Positions 38,870 to 51,280 are shown, counted from the first letter of the stretch. The stretch is DNA of 64,000 nucleotides from Psammoneis japonica (GCA_008632985.1 QPGO01000004.1:434001-498000), one strand, 5' to 3'. Notes: generated by a model from the sequence alone, not told the origin. Numbers and translations: made by a program.

Positions 38870-40450
38870 CATCAATGGCTGTTCTTCTGAATGGAGCCTT
38901 GTTTAACTCTTGAGTGCTTGGGGTGTTGAAAAAGAGCTGTTGTGATCACAACAACCATCTCAACCTGGGGCGCCAACCTGGAAGATGGAGGTGGCAAACC
39001 TCCTGCAAGAGGATGAGGATGGCCAATCCTCTCCTTCATCCAGACAAACTTCCAGACAAATTTGGGCCACCTCAACTGACATTTGAGGCTGGACCCAGGG
39101 ATGTGGTGAACCCCTTTGATGGGATGGCTGTCCACAGCAATGGGGTGGTGGGGCTGCTGAGACTGTTCAGCTGACCACCCAGCAGGTTGCAGCTGACCAA
39201 CACAGAGGTGTGCCACTTGCCTTCTGATTTGCCAAGAACTCCTGCTGCAGCAAATGAAGTTTCTGAATCTGACAACCTGTGGTGGGCCATTTGCCCTCAT
39301 CCTCCTCAGGGCAGCTTTTTCCATTGTCCTCATGCTGGTGGTTTGAGCAAAGACCTTCTGGATCTTGCCATCCCCCCCCCCTCACCCTTGCAGAAGCCCA
39401 GAGATGGCAGTGCACAAGCACCTTGTTGACAGATCTCTGGGTGAAGTCAGAGCCAGAGAAGTGCTTGGAGTGTTCAACACCAATGCTTGCCCATTTGCCA
39501 GCATCAATGCAGCCAACAAAGCCACCAGAGCCAGGCACCATCTGCACATGCTTCTTGACAAACCATCAAAATCTGCGGCCCTGATTTCCAGTGCTTTGCA
39601 CATGAATCCCTCAATGCACCTTTCACACCAGAGGTTGTTCATCTCAGTGCTTGTGTTGTTGGCTGTCATCAGCAATGCAGTGCATTGAGTGAGTCAGGGC
39701 CTGCTGAATGACATTGAATGCAAGTTCAGCAGACCCATGGTTGGCTGCAGGGGGCTTGTGGGACAAGCCTGTGGCTGGCACCATGGATGAGCTGTGCTGC
39801 CAACTGTTCCCTGCAAAATTCAAAGAAAAATGTGAGCACATTGGATTGCATTCATGGCATGGAAAGAGACAAATGTCTCTCATTGGTTTGCTCACATGTG
39901 TGACAACAGGTCATCAAAAGTGAAACACCTCCTGCCATGCTGAGTGGCATGGGCACCTGGGCCAACATCTTGCAAGATTTGGCAAAATGAGTGTCACAAA
40001 TTGACTTGCCACAGTTCTGCCATGGCTTCACATTTTAACCCAGCACTCCACTTGCTGGCCCTGCTGACCAGGACATTCCAAGACTGCAATTGGCATGCTC
40101 AGCTTCTTGAAATGACCATGCAGCCCAATCTCATCTGGCAGATGCACACACCAGTTGAGCCACTTTCTCCCAAAGTTTTGACTGCACGACTCAGCGAACA
40201 CACAAAATTCATCCAAATCAATGTCACCCCAATGCCTGACACCAACCACCCAAATCAGGTGTGGAATCCAAGACAGCAGTGTGTCTTTGCTGGCACTTGT
40301 GGAGCTCTTGACTGGCATGCTTGGGCAGAGCCATGCTTTTGCATCAACCCAAGAACCTTGGCCCATGCTCTCAAGTGATTTGAGATGATGGGCTGTGAAA
40401 GTGGCCTTGGCAGCAACACAAAAATGCAATGATCTCAGAAGCCATTGCCT
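38870..40450 (-). mobile_element. Possible degenerate DIRS/Ngaro-type RT-RNase H relic
   Basis: Fragments FVGCIDAGK, LSDSET and HHIPG resemble RNase H motifs of tyrosine-recombinase retroelements; frames are broken. Confidence 0.3.
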
Positions 40451-40945
40451 TTGGAAACAGAGCTCTCAACTGAGTGTGCAAGCATGAGTGCATTGTGTCC
40501 TTGGAGCACTTGTTCATGATGGTGGTTTGTGGTTTCCTTGTTGTTTAGATTGATGCAAATGGCCAAGGACCAGTTGTTGGTGTTTCCAAAGGCAAATTGT
40601 CCTGTTGCTTGGGCACTCTCACCTTTGCTTGCTGCAGCCAGCACTGAATGATGTGGGCTTGATTCTGCCCCAAGTGCAAGGTGACCATGACCTTGGTGCA
40701 GAAGTCATGGCCACAAGCCTGGAGGATGTTGAAAGTGCTGTTTTCTCCACTGAGTGCGCTTGTGCCTCCTCCCCACTTGTGTCAGGACAACATCATTGTT
40801 GTGCTGTCATTGCCTCCTGTCATTGCGGTCCTTGTTTTGTGCACACAAATGTTGTTGGTTGGTGTCAGAGGGAGAAAATGTGATGGCAGCATCTTTCTCC
40901 ACAGCCTGGTGCAAATGAGCAATGAATGGACAATTTCCTCTTTAA

Positions 40946-41374
40946 CCCTTCAACCACCATGGGAGCAAATCTCCATGGGTGGAGATCTGCTCTGCTTGCA
41001 GATGTGTGACGTGTCATGCACTTTTATGACAATGTGATGTACACAGCATAAAAATGTCATGTCCTGTGCAATCTGCGCAAAAGCACCGCATTTGCTCCAA
41101 GGGTGTGGCATTGTTGCTCTGTTTGTGACAGCAATTGATGACAACCGCCATTGTCAATGGTTGAGATTTAGTTCCTCTCTGTTCTAAAAGTCGACATCGA
41201 ACTTTCTAAATTACAAAAAGGTTGCCCCCAGATTTTTGGCAAATGCGCGTTCCAAAACAAAATCATGCGAACAAAATGTTGTGCACATCTGAGGTTGCTT
41301 CATTTGCTGTGTTTGTGATGCAAGCAAGCAAATCTCCACCCGTGGAGATTTGCTCAAGTCTGGTGGTTGAAGGG
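40946..41374. mobile_element. piggyBac-type MITE (429 bp)
   Basis: Perfect 14-bp TIR CCCTTCAACCACCA / TGGTGGTTGAAGGG, subterminal palindromes (GCAAATCTCCA..TGGAGAT), flanks TTAA (40942-40945) and TTGA (41375-41378). Confidence 0.8.
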
Positions 41375-41421
41375 TTGACAACCAATGAGAGGTCTGAACT
41401 CTTCCTGCACCCCTGATCCTG

Positions 41422-41698
41422 TGATGGAAATTGAAGGCAAATGGCAAGAATTCAAACAATGACTCCTTGCTGCTGTCTAAATGGCAGATGAGTCTCCGCT
41501 CAGAGACAGTCACAGGAGCCGAAGGACGTGCAAGTCAAGTGTGATCGGGCTACTGTCATTGTTCTTGTGAGCCTTGTGGCTCGAAAGCAAACCACATCGC
41601 GCGTGAACGCGCGGAACTAAAGCACACAAAACTGTGCACGGTAAACTAAACAGCGCGCGATGCTTCGCGCGCACCCAAATCCTGTTCAAATCCTGTCA
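41422..41698 (-). repeat. Copia 3' LTR (TpA-converted copy)
   Basis: Direct repeat of 48257-48532. Confidence 0.95.
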
Positions 41699-44600
41699 CT
41701 CCCCAGTTTGCTTGAGGAGCCACAGAAACAGATTTGACTTCGGATGGAATGAAGTTCCAGAACATGAGGGGGCGGAGAAGGTCCCAGATTTGGGAGCAAC
41801 CCCAATGCTTGCTGAGAATGTCAGCAGGGTTGCGGGAGCCTTCGATGAAGTGGAACTCAAGGTGACCAGAGGCAATTGCCTCACGCACACGGTGGAACGA
41901 CAGTGCAGTGTGTCGCTTGTGTAACTTGGAGTGCGGGATGGTGGCACTGTCTACAACCGACTTGTTGTCACCGAACATGTAACCAACGTTACGGATCGGG
42001 ACGCCAAGGCAGCGCAGGGTGATGCGCAGGTCGACAATCTGCTCAACACAAGTCCTTGCGGCAACAAATTCAGACCCGCAGGTCGCAGTCTCCACGGTGG
42101 CTTGTTTCTTAGAGAACCAATCAGCCGGGAATTTGTTGAGGAAGTGGAGCATTCCCATGACAGAGCGTCCGGTGAGCATGCAATGGTACAAGTTTGCATC
42201 GACGCAGTGGGTGGCAGTGACGAACTTGCCAAGGGGCGGTGGAGCGTCCTTCGGGATCATCTCTTCTGCTTCACCATACACGGAATGCATCCATTCATAG
42301 GCCGGAGCAGGGAGATCCGAACAGTCGGGCTCTTCCGTGCGAACGCGGAGAGCACCATGTCGCATCTTGGAGAGGCACCCACAGACGCGCTTGGCACGAT
42401 CCAAGTGGCCTTGACGGGGCGCAGCTCGGAAGCTAGAGAGTGACATGACGGCCGTGGCAATGTCAATTCGACCAAGGGACACTGCCCATTGGAGTGAACC
42501 AACAAGAGACTGGAACTTGTGGATGCCATCGGGTCCCAGCAGTTCGGAAGTGTCCAGTTCGGGGTGGTCACCCTTCTCTAGAGGTGACAGGGCGTTGGTG
42601 GCAGGTTTCTCCCCAAACAGTCGGGCACAGCTGTCGACCATGCGCTCGATGTACTTGCGCGGAGACAGGCACAAGGTTCCGTCGGGTTCCCGGGAAAAGT
42701 CGCAACCCAGATGGAACTCAATGGGTCCCGCACCCTTGAGCTTGAACTTGTGCTTTTCCGTGAGGGTGTCGACGAAAGATTGAGGGTCCTTCATGGCAAT
42801 GGCGAGGTCATCCACATAAACGGCAATGTGTTCACAGTGGTCGCCGTTCCTGCGCATCCAAATGTCGGGTTCGGCGCGGCAGGGGAAGAAGCCTTCAGCT
42901 CGCAGGCAGTCGGCGAAGCGCTCATGCCAGTGGAGACCGGAGCTGCGCAGTCCATGCAGTGCCTTGTGGATGACAAGGATGTGTCCTTCGAGTTTGCCGA
43001 ACTCGGGTCCAGCTACAATGTAAAGCTTCTCCTTGGTGGTGGCTTCAAGGCAGGCATTGCCAATGTCGGTGGCCCATGTCTCCAACTCGTTGAGTTCGGC
43101 CAGGAAAATCATCAGCCGAAGGCCACGGAGGGAGACTACTCCGGAGCAGACACTGTCGACAGGTGCGTCCGTGAGGTGCCCGTCGGCTACGAGTCGTGCC
43201 TTGTGGCGACCGTCGTGTTTCACGTCGTGCACCAGGTGCACTCGGATCTTCTTGTGTCCCGCAGGAGGAGTGGAAGACTTGAAGGGCCCGCAGTCATGGA
43301 AGACTTCGTATTCGTCGAGTTGGTCCATCTCAAGATTAGTTGTGTCTCCCCACTTGCGGTTGCCGTTGCGTTCGTCTAGTGACATGGCGTGTTTGTAGTT
43401 CCGGGGAACTTCGCATCCATGCTTGTGGCGAGGTGCAGTGCGGAAGGAGCGAAGCTTGGCTTGGTTGGCCATGCGAAATGGCTTCTTTTGGCGCCTCGCG
43501 ATGGTGCGGAACCGCTTCCAGCCATCCGTGTCGAGGAGTCCGTTCTCTCGTGCATAGATGGCACAGGTGACGGGGTCGTCCTTGGCGATGATGGCAAGAG
43601 GCTCGGACGTGATCTCCCCACTTTCCCATTCAAGCATGATGTTGTAGCTGGAGCCTTTCCAGGTTGGGTCGTGAGGCTTCAGAGGTCCTTCGTGTGACAC
43701 GATGCGTCGAAATTTCCAAACAGTGGTGTCTTCGTCTTCTTGCTCAATGTGATTCATGATGTCATTGTGGGCAAGGACTTCCTCGTATTTGTCATTGTTG
43801 ACAGAGCAGACGAACTTAGTGAGCTCGGGATTGCCGTTCACTTTCCATTCGTGGTCTTCGACGGCCTTGACGATGCGAGCTCTGTGGCGTTGTCCGTCCT
43901 CTTGTGGCTGCATGAGGAAGGCACGTCCAATGATGTCTTGCGGATCGAAAACTGGCATCTTGGGTGTCCTGATCTCCCCATCAGGAGAGTCAACGGGGTT
44001 GTCGTCATGGCGAGATTTGATGATGGGTTCAGGTGGCTCCCCATCAGGAGGATCAAGACGCAGGTTTCGGACGGCAGGATCGGGGGTAGCGGAGCGGACA
44101 TTGGACCGGCAGAGGATCTTCTGATTCTCGTCAGATAGAATCTTGAAGGTCATCTGGTGGCCGACGTGCTCAGCAATGCCAACGAAGCGTCCATGCAACT
44201 CACGGGATTCGGACGGCCAATCGGAGTCATCGAGGTGGAAGCACACGGGTTCCCACCAGTGAAAGCGAAGCAATGGGCTGATGTCCGGGGTGGAGCCAGT
44301 GAGAGTCTCAAGGGGCGTGCGCCAGTGGAGACGTGGGGACGCTGCATGGTTGAGTGTGAAGCACACGTGCATGAGCGCCAGCAGCCATGCATGGGCGGGC
44401 GAACCAAAACGATCCATGACAGTGTTCGCCATGCGCTTCACGGTCTGGTGTCGATGCTCGGCAAAGTTTTGGTGTTGCTGGTGAGGCTCACTTTGCCAGC
44501 TAGAGATGAAGAGGGCGCGTAGGATCCCGAGCACTTTGTTGCTGATCTCAACTTGAGCACGGTCGCCAATGAGTTTGGATGGGGCACCACGTTCACGGAT

Positions 44601-45750
44601 CTGATCCTCGAGTGTGTTGACAAACTCTTTGTCCGTCTTAGTGCCGTAGACGTCAGTGACGGTAGACTCGGTGCCAACAAACAGTTGGGCGCTGGTGCAA
44701 CCAGAGTCGACGGCCGGGGTGTCGGCACAAACGGTGTCAGTGGCGATGGGCTCGTTGCGGCGGTGCACATTAAGGGCGGGGTTGGGTGATTTGCAGGCCT
44801 TGCGAAGGTGTGTACCGGCGGGCATGCGGGCGCACTGCGTGGTGCAGTCAAAAGTACGACGGACCGCATCGGCAGGTGGGAAGCCAAAGTGAGGCCGAAG
44901 AGACTCGAAGGGGGGGTCCTTGGGCTGTACAGTGCGCTCCGGAGGTGGAACATCATCGCCCTGGGGGCCAATCGCATGCAGATGACACTCGTAGAACACA
45001 TCGTCGTTCGGAATGAGGTGATCATCGAGGGCGGACGCGTGATCGGCAGACAAGGAAGCGGACATGATGGTCTCGTTGACAACGACACGATGACGGCAGT
45101 TGCCGCACTCGTCAAACAGGTTGGCAGTGGGATCGTCCTGCAGGTCAGAGATCGCGTCGCACCACTGGTCGTCGTCAGTGACAGAGTGATCGAGGACGGA
45201 AGGGTCCCATGTGTCATCACCGGTGAGGATGACATGGGGCAGGGTGTCCCATTCGGCGTCAGTGTAAGGTCGCATGGCAACACAAGGCAGGCCAGCCTTG
45301 ATGTCAATGGGGATGACATAGCCATCAGGAGTGGCAATGCGTTGCAAGCCGTTGGGCACCTTGACAGAGCGATCGTTGACATCCTGTTTGCACCATTCGA
45401 GCTGGCCGCAGGAATGGATGGTCTTGCCCTTGCCCGTGCATGCGCACTGATGGAGCATGGCGATGACGGGACCACGCTGGGTCTCAACAACGGCACCAGC
45501 GGTGACAATGGGGATGTCCACCAATTGATGATCGTCAATGCCCTGAACGTCGACTTGGCGAGAGGTGCGTGCAATGACGCGAACGTCGTCGCCAGCAATG
45601 CCGCCGTTGGCCCCACGATCGACTAGAGCGCCAGTGCGTGTGGAGCGATGAGCAGAAGCAGAGCAAATGACATTGTGGTTGTCAACGCGGCGGTGAGTGT
45701 GACCGTTGAGTTCTGTGTCATCTGCAGAAGCTGGCGGGGCAGAGGAAGCG
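41646..45750 (-). pseudogene. pol: Copia pol (protease, integrase, RT, RNase H): open frame but with many Tyr->Cys/His changes
   Basis: Protease LVDRGANGG (~45600-45625); integrase ATDTV, DRAQVE, HQNFAE; RT HKARLVA and YVDD; RNase H SEFVAA, GDNKSV, NPADILSK. Confidence 0.93.
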
Positions 45751-47314
45751 GCGGATGGCCCGGTCGACTGGCATTGGGGGCTTGGTTAGGAGACAACAGA
45801 CGTTGCAGATCACCGGGTGGCAGTGGCTTGCGCTTGGTGAGGTGCGCCAGGATGGGATTGTCCGAAGTGGCATCCACATGTGGAGCGGAGTCACCAGAGT
45901 CAGCAGGAGTCGTGTTGGACAAGTTGACATCACCGTCACTCCCAAGGCGTTGGTCGTGAAGGTTGGCCGTAACAGACTCATGGCAGTTGCTGGCTCGCGG
46001 GTTGCGGGGAGGTGGACGAGAATGCTCAAGGATGATCGCCTTGGAGGAATCGGGCAACGAATCCCAGAGCCGTTGGTGGTCGGGAGGGAGACGTCTCCAT
46101 TGGACACCGGTGAGGCTGGGACCGCGGGTGCAGGCAGCATTGGCTTGAAGGACGTCAACGTCGCTGTCAATGTCGCAGAACACATCGTCGGACGGTTCCT
46201 CGGAGTGGACGTTGTGTGCGCACATGGCGCGTCGGGGAGCTCGAGGTGTCGTCTTGGGTTGAAACGTGCTGTCGTGCTGAGCTGCGGCGGAGAGGAGCAA
46301 GCCACAGCATTGATCGCATGTGAGGCTCTTGCCACTCTGCGCACGATGCTGATCAGCTTGGTTCTTGACAGCACGGAGTTCCTCGACAGGGTGCACGGCA
46401 TTCTCGAGCATGACGCGCTTCTGTCCTTCAGAGAAGTGGTCGCTGGCCGGGATGAGTGCCTCGCACTTGCGCAACTGATCTTGCCAATGAAGGATGAACC
46501 CGTGGGTCGGACCTTTCCAAGTGCCATCACCAAGACGCGCGGTGGTGAGGTGCGTGAGCAGGGTGGAGGACTCGACAGATGCGCGGGTGGAGGCAAGCGC
46601 GCACTCAGACAAGGAGCGGCAGACGGTCTGTGCGTCAGAAGACCCCACATTTTCGCAAATGAGAGCCTTGCCCTTGTCGGTGAGAAGGATGCGTTCGAAG
46701 ACGGCGAACATGTGCTTTTGCTGTTCAGCAAAGAGCAGTTTGTCTTCGGGGCTGGTCGGTTTGTACGACGAGTCTAGAATGCACTCGACGTCTTGGGCAC
46801 GGGCTTGTGCCACAAGTGAGGTGTGCCAAGTGTGCCACTGCTTGTCGGATTTGAGAGCCGTGAAAGCGGTGGGATCACGCTTGATGCCTCGCTTGAAGTC
46901 CCGCACCGGGTCGCGTGCCTTGGTCGGGTTGGTGACATGTGGAGGTGCAAGGGGTGAGCTGCCGATGGACACAGAAGACATGCAGTCGGGGCTGAGGTGG
47001 CAGGCAAGGAACTCGTCATGCGCAAACAAAGAGGAGTCATTGGCAACGTCAAGACCTTTGTGTGCTTTGACAATGTGCAGACTGACCAGTGCTGCTAACA
47101 TGTTCTTGTGACCACGGGGCAAAGGGATTGCATTGGTGCCGTTTTTGCACTCAAGCGAGTCGATTTGGGACGGCATGAACGTGAACAGTTCCTGACACGA
47201 GTCTGTGCCGTCTTGGGCCAAAGCCAAACGAAGAGGACTCCCAGCACCTTGGGCAAGCACGGTTCCAACCACGTGCTCGAAACCATCGGTTTGTTGCTGA
47301 CGAGTGAGAACCAT
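45750..47314 (-). pseudogene. gag: Copia gag; frameshift relative to pol near 45750
   Basis: ORF 45623-47344 with DFKRGIKRDP, AQARAQDV and LENAVHP. It leaves the protease frame upstream of LVDRGANG. Confidence 0.85.
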
Positions 47315-48256
47315 GGCAGACAAAGGTGGTGTCAGGACAATCAATTCTGGTTGGGAAGCGAAGGTAGACTCGAAACTTGGGTGAGAACAGACTTGACTTG
47401 AAATGGACTTGACTTGAAATCTTGAACTATCTTAAAATCAGAAGTCGCCGGGCTTTGTCACCCCGTTCGTTGTCAAGTGCTAAACTTCCCATCCGGTCCG
47501 CAGAGTTGTGCCGGCACGTCCGAACCCGCAGCCAGCGGCGCTTTGGGTTGCTTGCGAGCGGAGCAGCGGGTTGTAAACCCCTGCAGGTAAGCTGACTAGA
47601 GGTGGACAAGACCCCCGAACCGTTCTCATTTTTGTGTCGGTTGGATTTCCCGATCAGGCTGGCCAGTTGACGCAGGCGTCAGGCGCTGTGGACGAACGAA
47701 CAAACGCGGGAAAGCACCCTCGCCCCAACGCAGGCTGCAATCACGGCTGCCTGCTCTCACAGTCGTCCTCGTGGACCTAGCAGAACTGTAGAGCACCAGT
47801 GGTCCGGGGTAGATCAGGTGCAATGGACTCGGTGTGCTTGTAGAGTGGTGGCAAAACCGCAGTCCGAAGAGTGGATAAAGGTTCTTGGCCGTGAAGACAT
47901 GTATATATATATATATGTCTTCAGCGACGAAGATCCTTGAATATGTAGGGTTCTTGACCGTTAACCGAGGAATAGGTATATAAAGGGATGTTGATCAAGG
48001 ATAGACTTGGATATGACCGTTGAATATAAGTCTTCAGCGATCAAAGGTAGTATAATCAATCCAGATATCCAGCGGTAAGGAGACTTGACGGTGACGTTAA
48101 CTTCCTGCCGATGCCCTGGTATTGAATGCGCGTAGACTTGCCGATGTATGTAGAATATATACGGAGGTCCACGTAGAATTGAAATAGCGTCGTTGGTAAA
48201 TCAACGACGACGATGGCGGTTGCTCAATGGGTTGACAATGAGCAAGACTGTTAATC

Positions 48257-48532
48257 TGATAGAAATTGAAGGCAAATGGCAAGAATTCAAACAATAACTC
48301 CTTACTGCTGTCTAAATAGCAGATGAGTCTCCGCTCAGAGACCGTTACAGGAGCCGAAGGACGTGTAAGTCGGTATAATCGGGCTACTGTTATTATTCTT
48401 GTGAGCCTTGTGGCTCGAAAGCAAACTACATCGCGCGTGAACGCGCGGAACTAAAGCACACAAAACTGTGCACGGTAAACTAAACAGCGCGCGATGCTTC
48501 GCGCGCACCTAAATCCTGTTCAAATCCTGTCA
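48257..48532 (-). repeat. Copia 5' LTR (largely unconverted copy)
   Basis: Direct repeat of 41422-41698 that retains TpA. Confidence 0.95.
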
Positions 48533-48539
48533 TCCTGAT

Positions 48540-51280
48540 TGGTGGCTCTGTCCACTCCCTGCCAGAGGTTGTGGGCAGTTTGACTTCAAAGAAGGCTTGC
48601 AGTCTCTTTCTCTGCTCCAGAGCAGGAGCACTTTGACTGCATTTGTTGGTTGGGGAAATTGCCTGGTGCACGTGCATGAGGGCTTCATGTGTGCAACATC
48701 ACCTGGTGGCACAGGAGGAGGGACAAATGCAGAGAGCATGGGTGGAACTGAGTCACATGGGCAGGGAAAGGGATGGGTCAGAGGGTGCTGGGGGCAGCAA
48801 GTTGGGACTGCATTTTGATGGAGCAGCAGATGAGTTTGTCAGCAAGTGACTTCTTGGCAATCACAAGGCTGAGGCTTTGAAGGCCCCAATGTGATGGAGC
48901 AGAGGTGTGGTGGGTCAAGCCAAAATGTGCAGCAGATGTGTTTTTCCAAGTGGCGGTGGTGGCAGCAGGGAGAATGGCAGATGGTGACAGCTGGGCACAG
49001 GTGCATGTGGCATGGGCGGCTGGATGTTTAAAGGAGGATTCAGTGGTCCAAGGACGGGTGGGTGGAGCATGGACCAGGTCTTCTGGATCAGCTCTGAAAA
49101 GGAGACGGCAAGCAAAGTGACCAGGAGCTGCAGGGGTCAGCTGCACCATTGCAAGAAGGGCAAGAGATGGATTTGAGGTGGTCAGGTGAGATGGGAAGCT
49201 GCAGCTTGCATTGTGGCATGAGGTGGAATTGATCCAGGGCCAGGCATGATTGTTGGGGTGAGGAGTGGGCAAGGGAGTGAGAGGGAGGCTTGCAAGTGGA
49301 GAGAGAAGGGGCAGGAATGCAAGGGTGACGTGTGCAGGGCCTCGTTGTTTGAGCATTTGCAGCTGATGTTGAAAGTGGGCATGGCACAAGGTGTGGGAGA
49401 GGTTGCACAGTTTGGGAATGTTTTTACAAGGGTGGTGAGGGAGGGCAGAGCAGGGTCAAGTGTTGAGATGGTGGTGGTGCCACACTGCAGAAAGACTTGA
49501 CAAAGGTGCAGGGCAAGGAACAATGTGAAGTGGCCCATGTGCAGAGGGAGCAAGCACAAAAGGGAGGTGGTCCAGGTGCAGCACATTGCTGGGAACAGGC
49601 CAGTTGAGAGAGGAAGAAGGGGATGGTGGAAGTGGTGATGGAGCAGCAACCTGCACCACCAGCAGATTCAGGGAGATGAGTGAGGAGCAATGCACAGGGT
49701 TGCAATTGTGCTGTGAGGGTGCTGCAGGAAGGCATTGCAGCAGTGCTGGATGTCTTGTTGGAAGGGCAAAGTCCAGGAAGCAAGGGGCAGTGGGGGTTGT
49801 CTGGGTCAAAGTTGAAGCACACGTCTGAGATGAGGAGGTGTGGGAGGGAGGAAGTGGCACAAGTGTGGCAGAGGGAGCTTTTGGTTTGGGTGTCTCAAAG
49901 GCAGGAGCAGAGTTGGTCAAGGTTGGTCCAGAAAGCAGAGGCTTTTTGGTCAAGGCAGGTGCAGGCAAAGTCAGGGCTTCCAATGGCTGGCCAGAGAAGC
50001 AGAGGCCAGCAGCAATTTCAGGGCAGACAGTGGGGGTTGTTGGCGGGGTTGAGGAAGGAGATTGCTTGGTGGAGGGTGACAGCACTTGCTGGGGGCAAGT
50101 TGGGCAAAGGGCCAGTGCCAGAGATGGAGGTGAGCATGTGTGTCTTGGAGTGGTTGAGGTGAATGCCATGTGGTGGGCCAAGCTCTTCAAGGTGTTGCAG
50201 GAACCACGATGATGCTGAAGATGAGGGCAGCAAAGGAGGGAGGAGCCAGTGGCTGGGCAACCCTGGGAGAGTTCGCTTCTGGTTGAGGGAAGGATTGCCA
50301 GCAACCACCAGGGTCACAGTGCCAGCACATGTTGGGGGTGTTGTGGCAGTGGTCAAAGATGAGAATGAGGTGATGGAAGGCTGGGGTTCTGTTGAGAAGT
50401 TGTTGACAAGCATCTTGGGAGCACTCATTGATGAAGTTGGCATGAAGAAGTTGGCAAGATTGAGAGTGAGGAAAGCGTGAGTTGGTGTGGCAGCATCAAG
50501 GCAGTGTTCAATGTTGGTGCATGTGGCATGTGCCAGGCAGTCAAGGCCTCCTTTGATGCCAGCACCATGCCAACACCAAACTGGCCATCAGGAAGCAGAC
50601 ATTTGGTGAGGGCAGGTGTGTTGATGGTCACAGTGAGGGCACCTGCGACACGGCAGACTCTGCAGCACCGCAGTCAATGGGGCGAAGTTTGACAAGGTCA
50701 GTTGGATCTTTGTGTGGGGCAACCAAGAAGTTGGCAGCAACAAGGGGTTGGATGTCTTGTGGGACAGAGCCAGTTTGAAGGTGGAGCACAAAGTCCTGGA
50801 AGGCAGAGAGGTGTGTGTTTTAGTTGGGGTGGCGGTTTTGAACAGGGCACGTGCTTTGAGGAGGTCAGTGGAGTCAGTGCACGGGCCAGCAGCAGTGCCA
50901 GGTTTGCACTTGCTGAGAGCAGCTAAGAGCTTGTCATCAGAGACACAGGGCAGGGATGGCGGGGGTGGCCGGAGAGCACTGTGTGGGAGGGGCAGGGGCT
51001 TGGGGTGGTGGTCGTGGGGCACCGGGCGGGTGCAAGAAGGCATGAATGAGAGGGAGGTGAGTGTCATTGATGGTGGCAATGGGGAGGTTGGAGGTGACTT
51101 GATGGTGAGCAGCACCAAATTTGTCAGCATCGGCAGATGGCTGGGCTGTGTGGCAACAGGCGGCGGAGGGGGAGAGACAGGGTGCATGGGTGGCAGCATC
51201 ACAGTGGGAGGGAAGGGTGTGGGCAGCATCGTGGAGTTCGCAGATGCGGTCTTGCTGGAAAAGCAGACGGTCATTTCTTG
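48540..51280 (-). mobile_element. Degenerate non-LTR retrotransposon RT (CRE-like)
   Basis: Across frames: KPGTAAGPCTD, HKDPTDLVKLRP, GQFGVG, SQGCP, FLQHLEELGPPHGIHLNHSKT and GQP, in RT domain order; heavily frameshifted. Confidence 0.65.

Larger units (their letters stand above)
41422..48532 (-). mobile_element. Full-length Ty1/Copia LTR retrotransposon (7111 bp), diatom CoDi-like
   Basis: TG...CA LTRs at 48257-48532 (5') and 41422-41698 (3'), 5-bp TSD TCCTG (41417-41421, 48533-48537), PPT GGGGAG abutting the 3' LTR, and order gag-PR-INT-RT-RH. Confidence 0.96.

Noticed and set aside
41646..45524. Alternative genetic code (Tyr reassignment) to explain Cys/His at Tyr positions
   Set aside because: Host genes use TAY for conserved Tyr normally, both Cys and His appear, and non-coding LTR and TSD sites show the same change.
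44808..46777. Long plus-strand ORFs antisense to Copia gag-pol
   Set aside because: Shadow frames of GC-rich, TpA-depleted coding sequence with no independent motifs.
41422..48532. Plain methyl-CpG deamination or classical RIP as the cause
   Set aside because: CpGs are retained in both LTRs while TpAs change. RIP would create TpA and stop codons, the opposite of what the conserved codons show.
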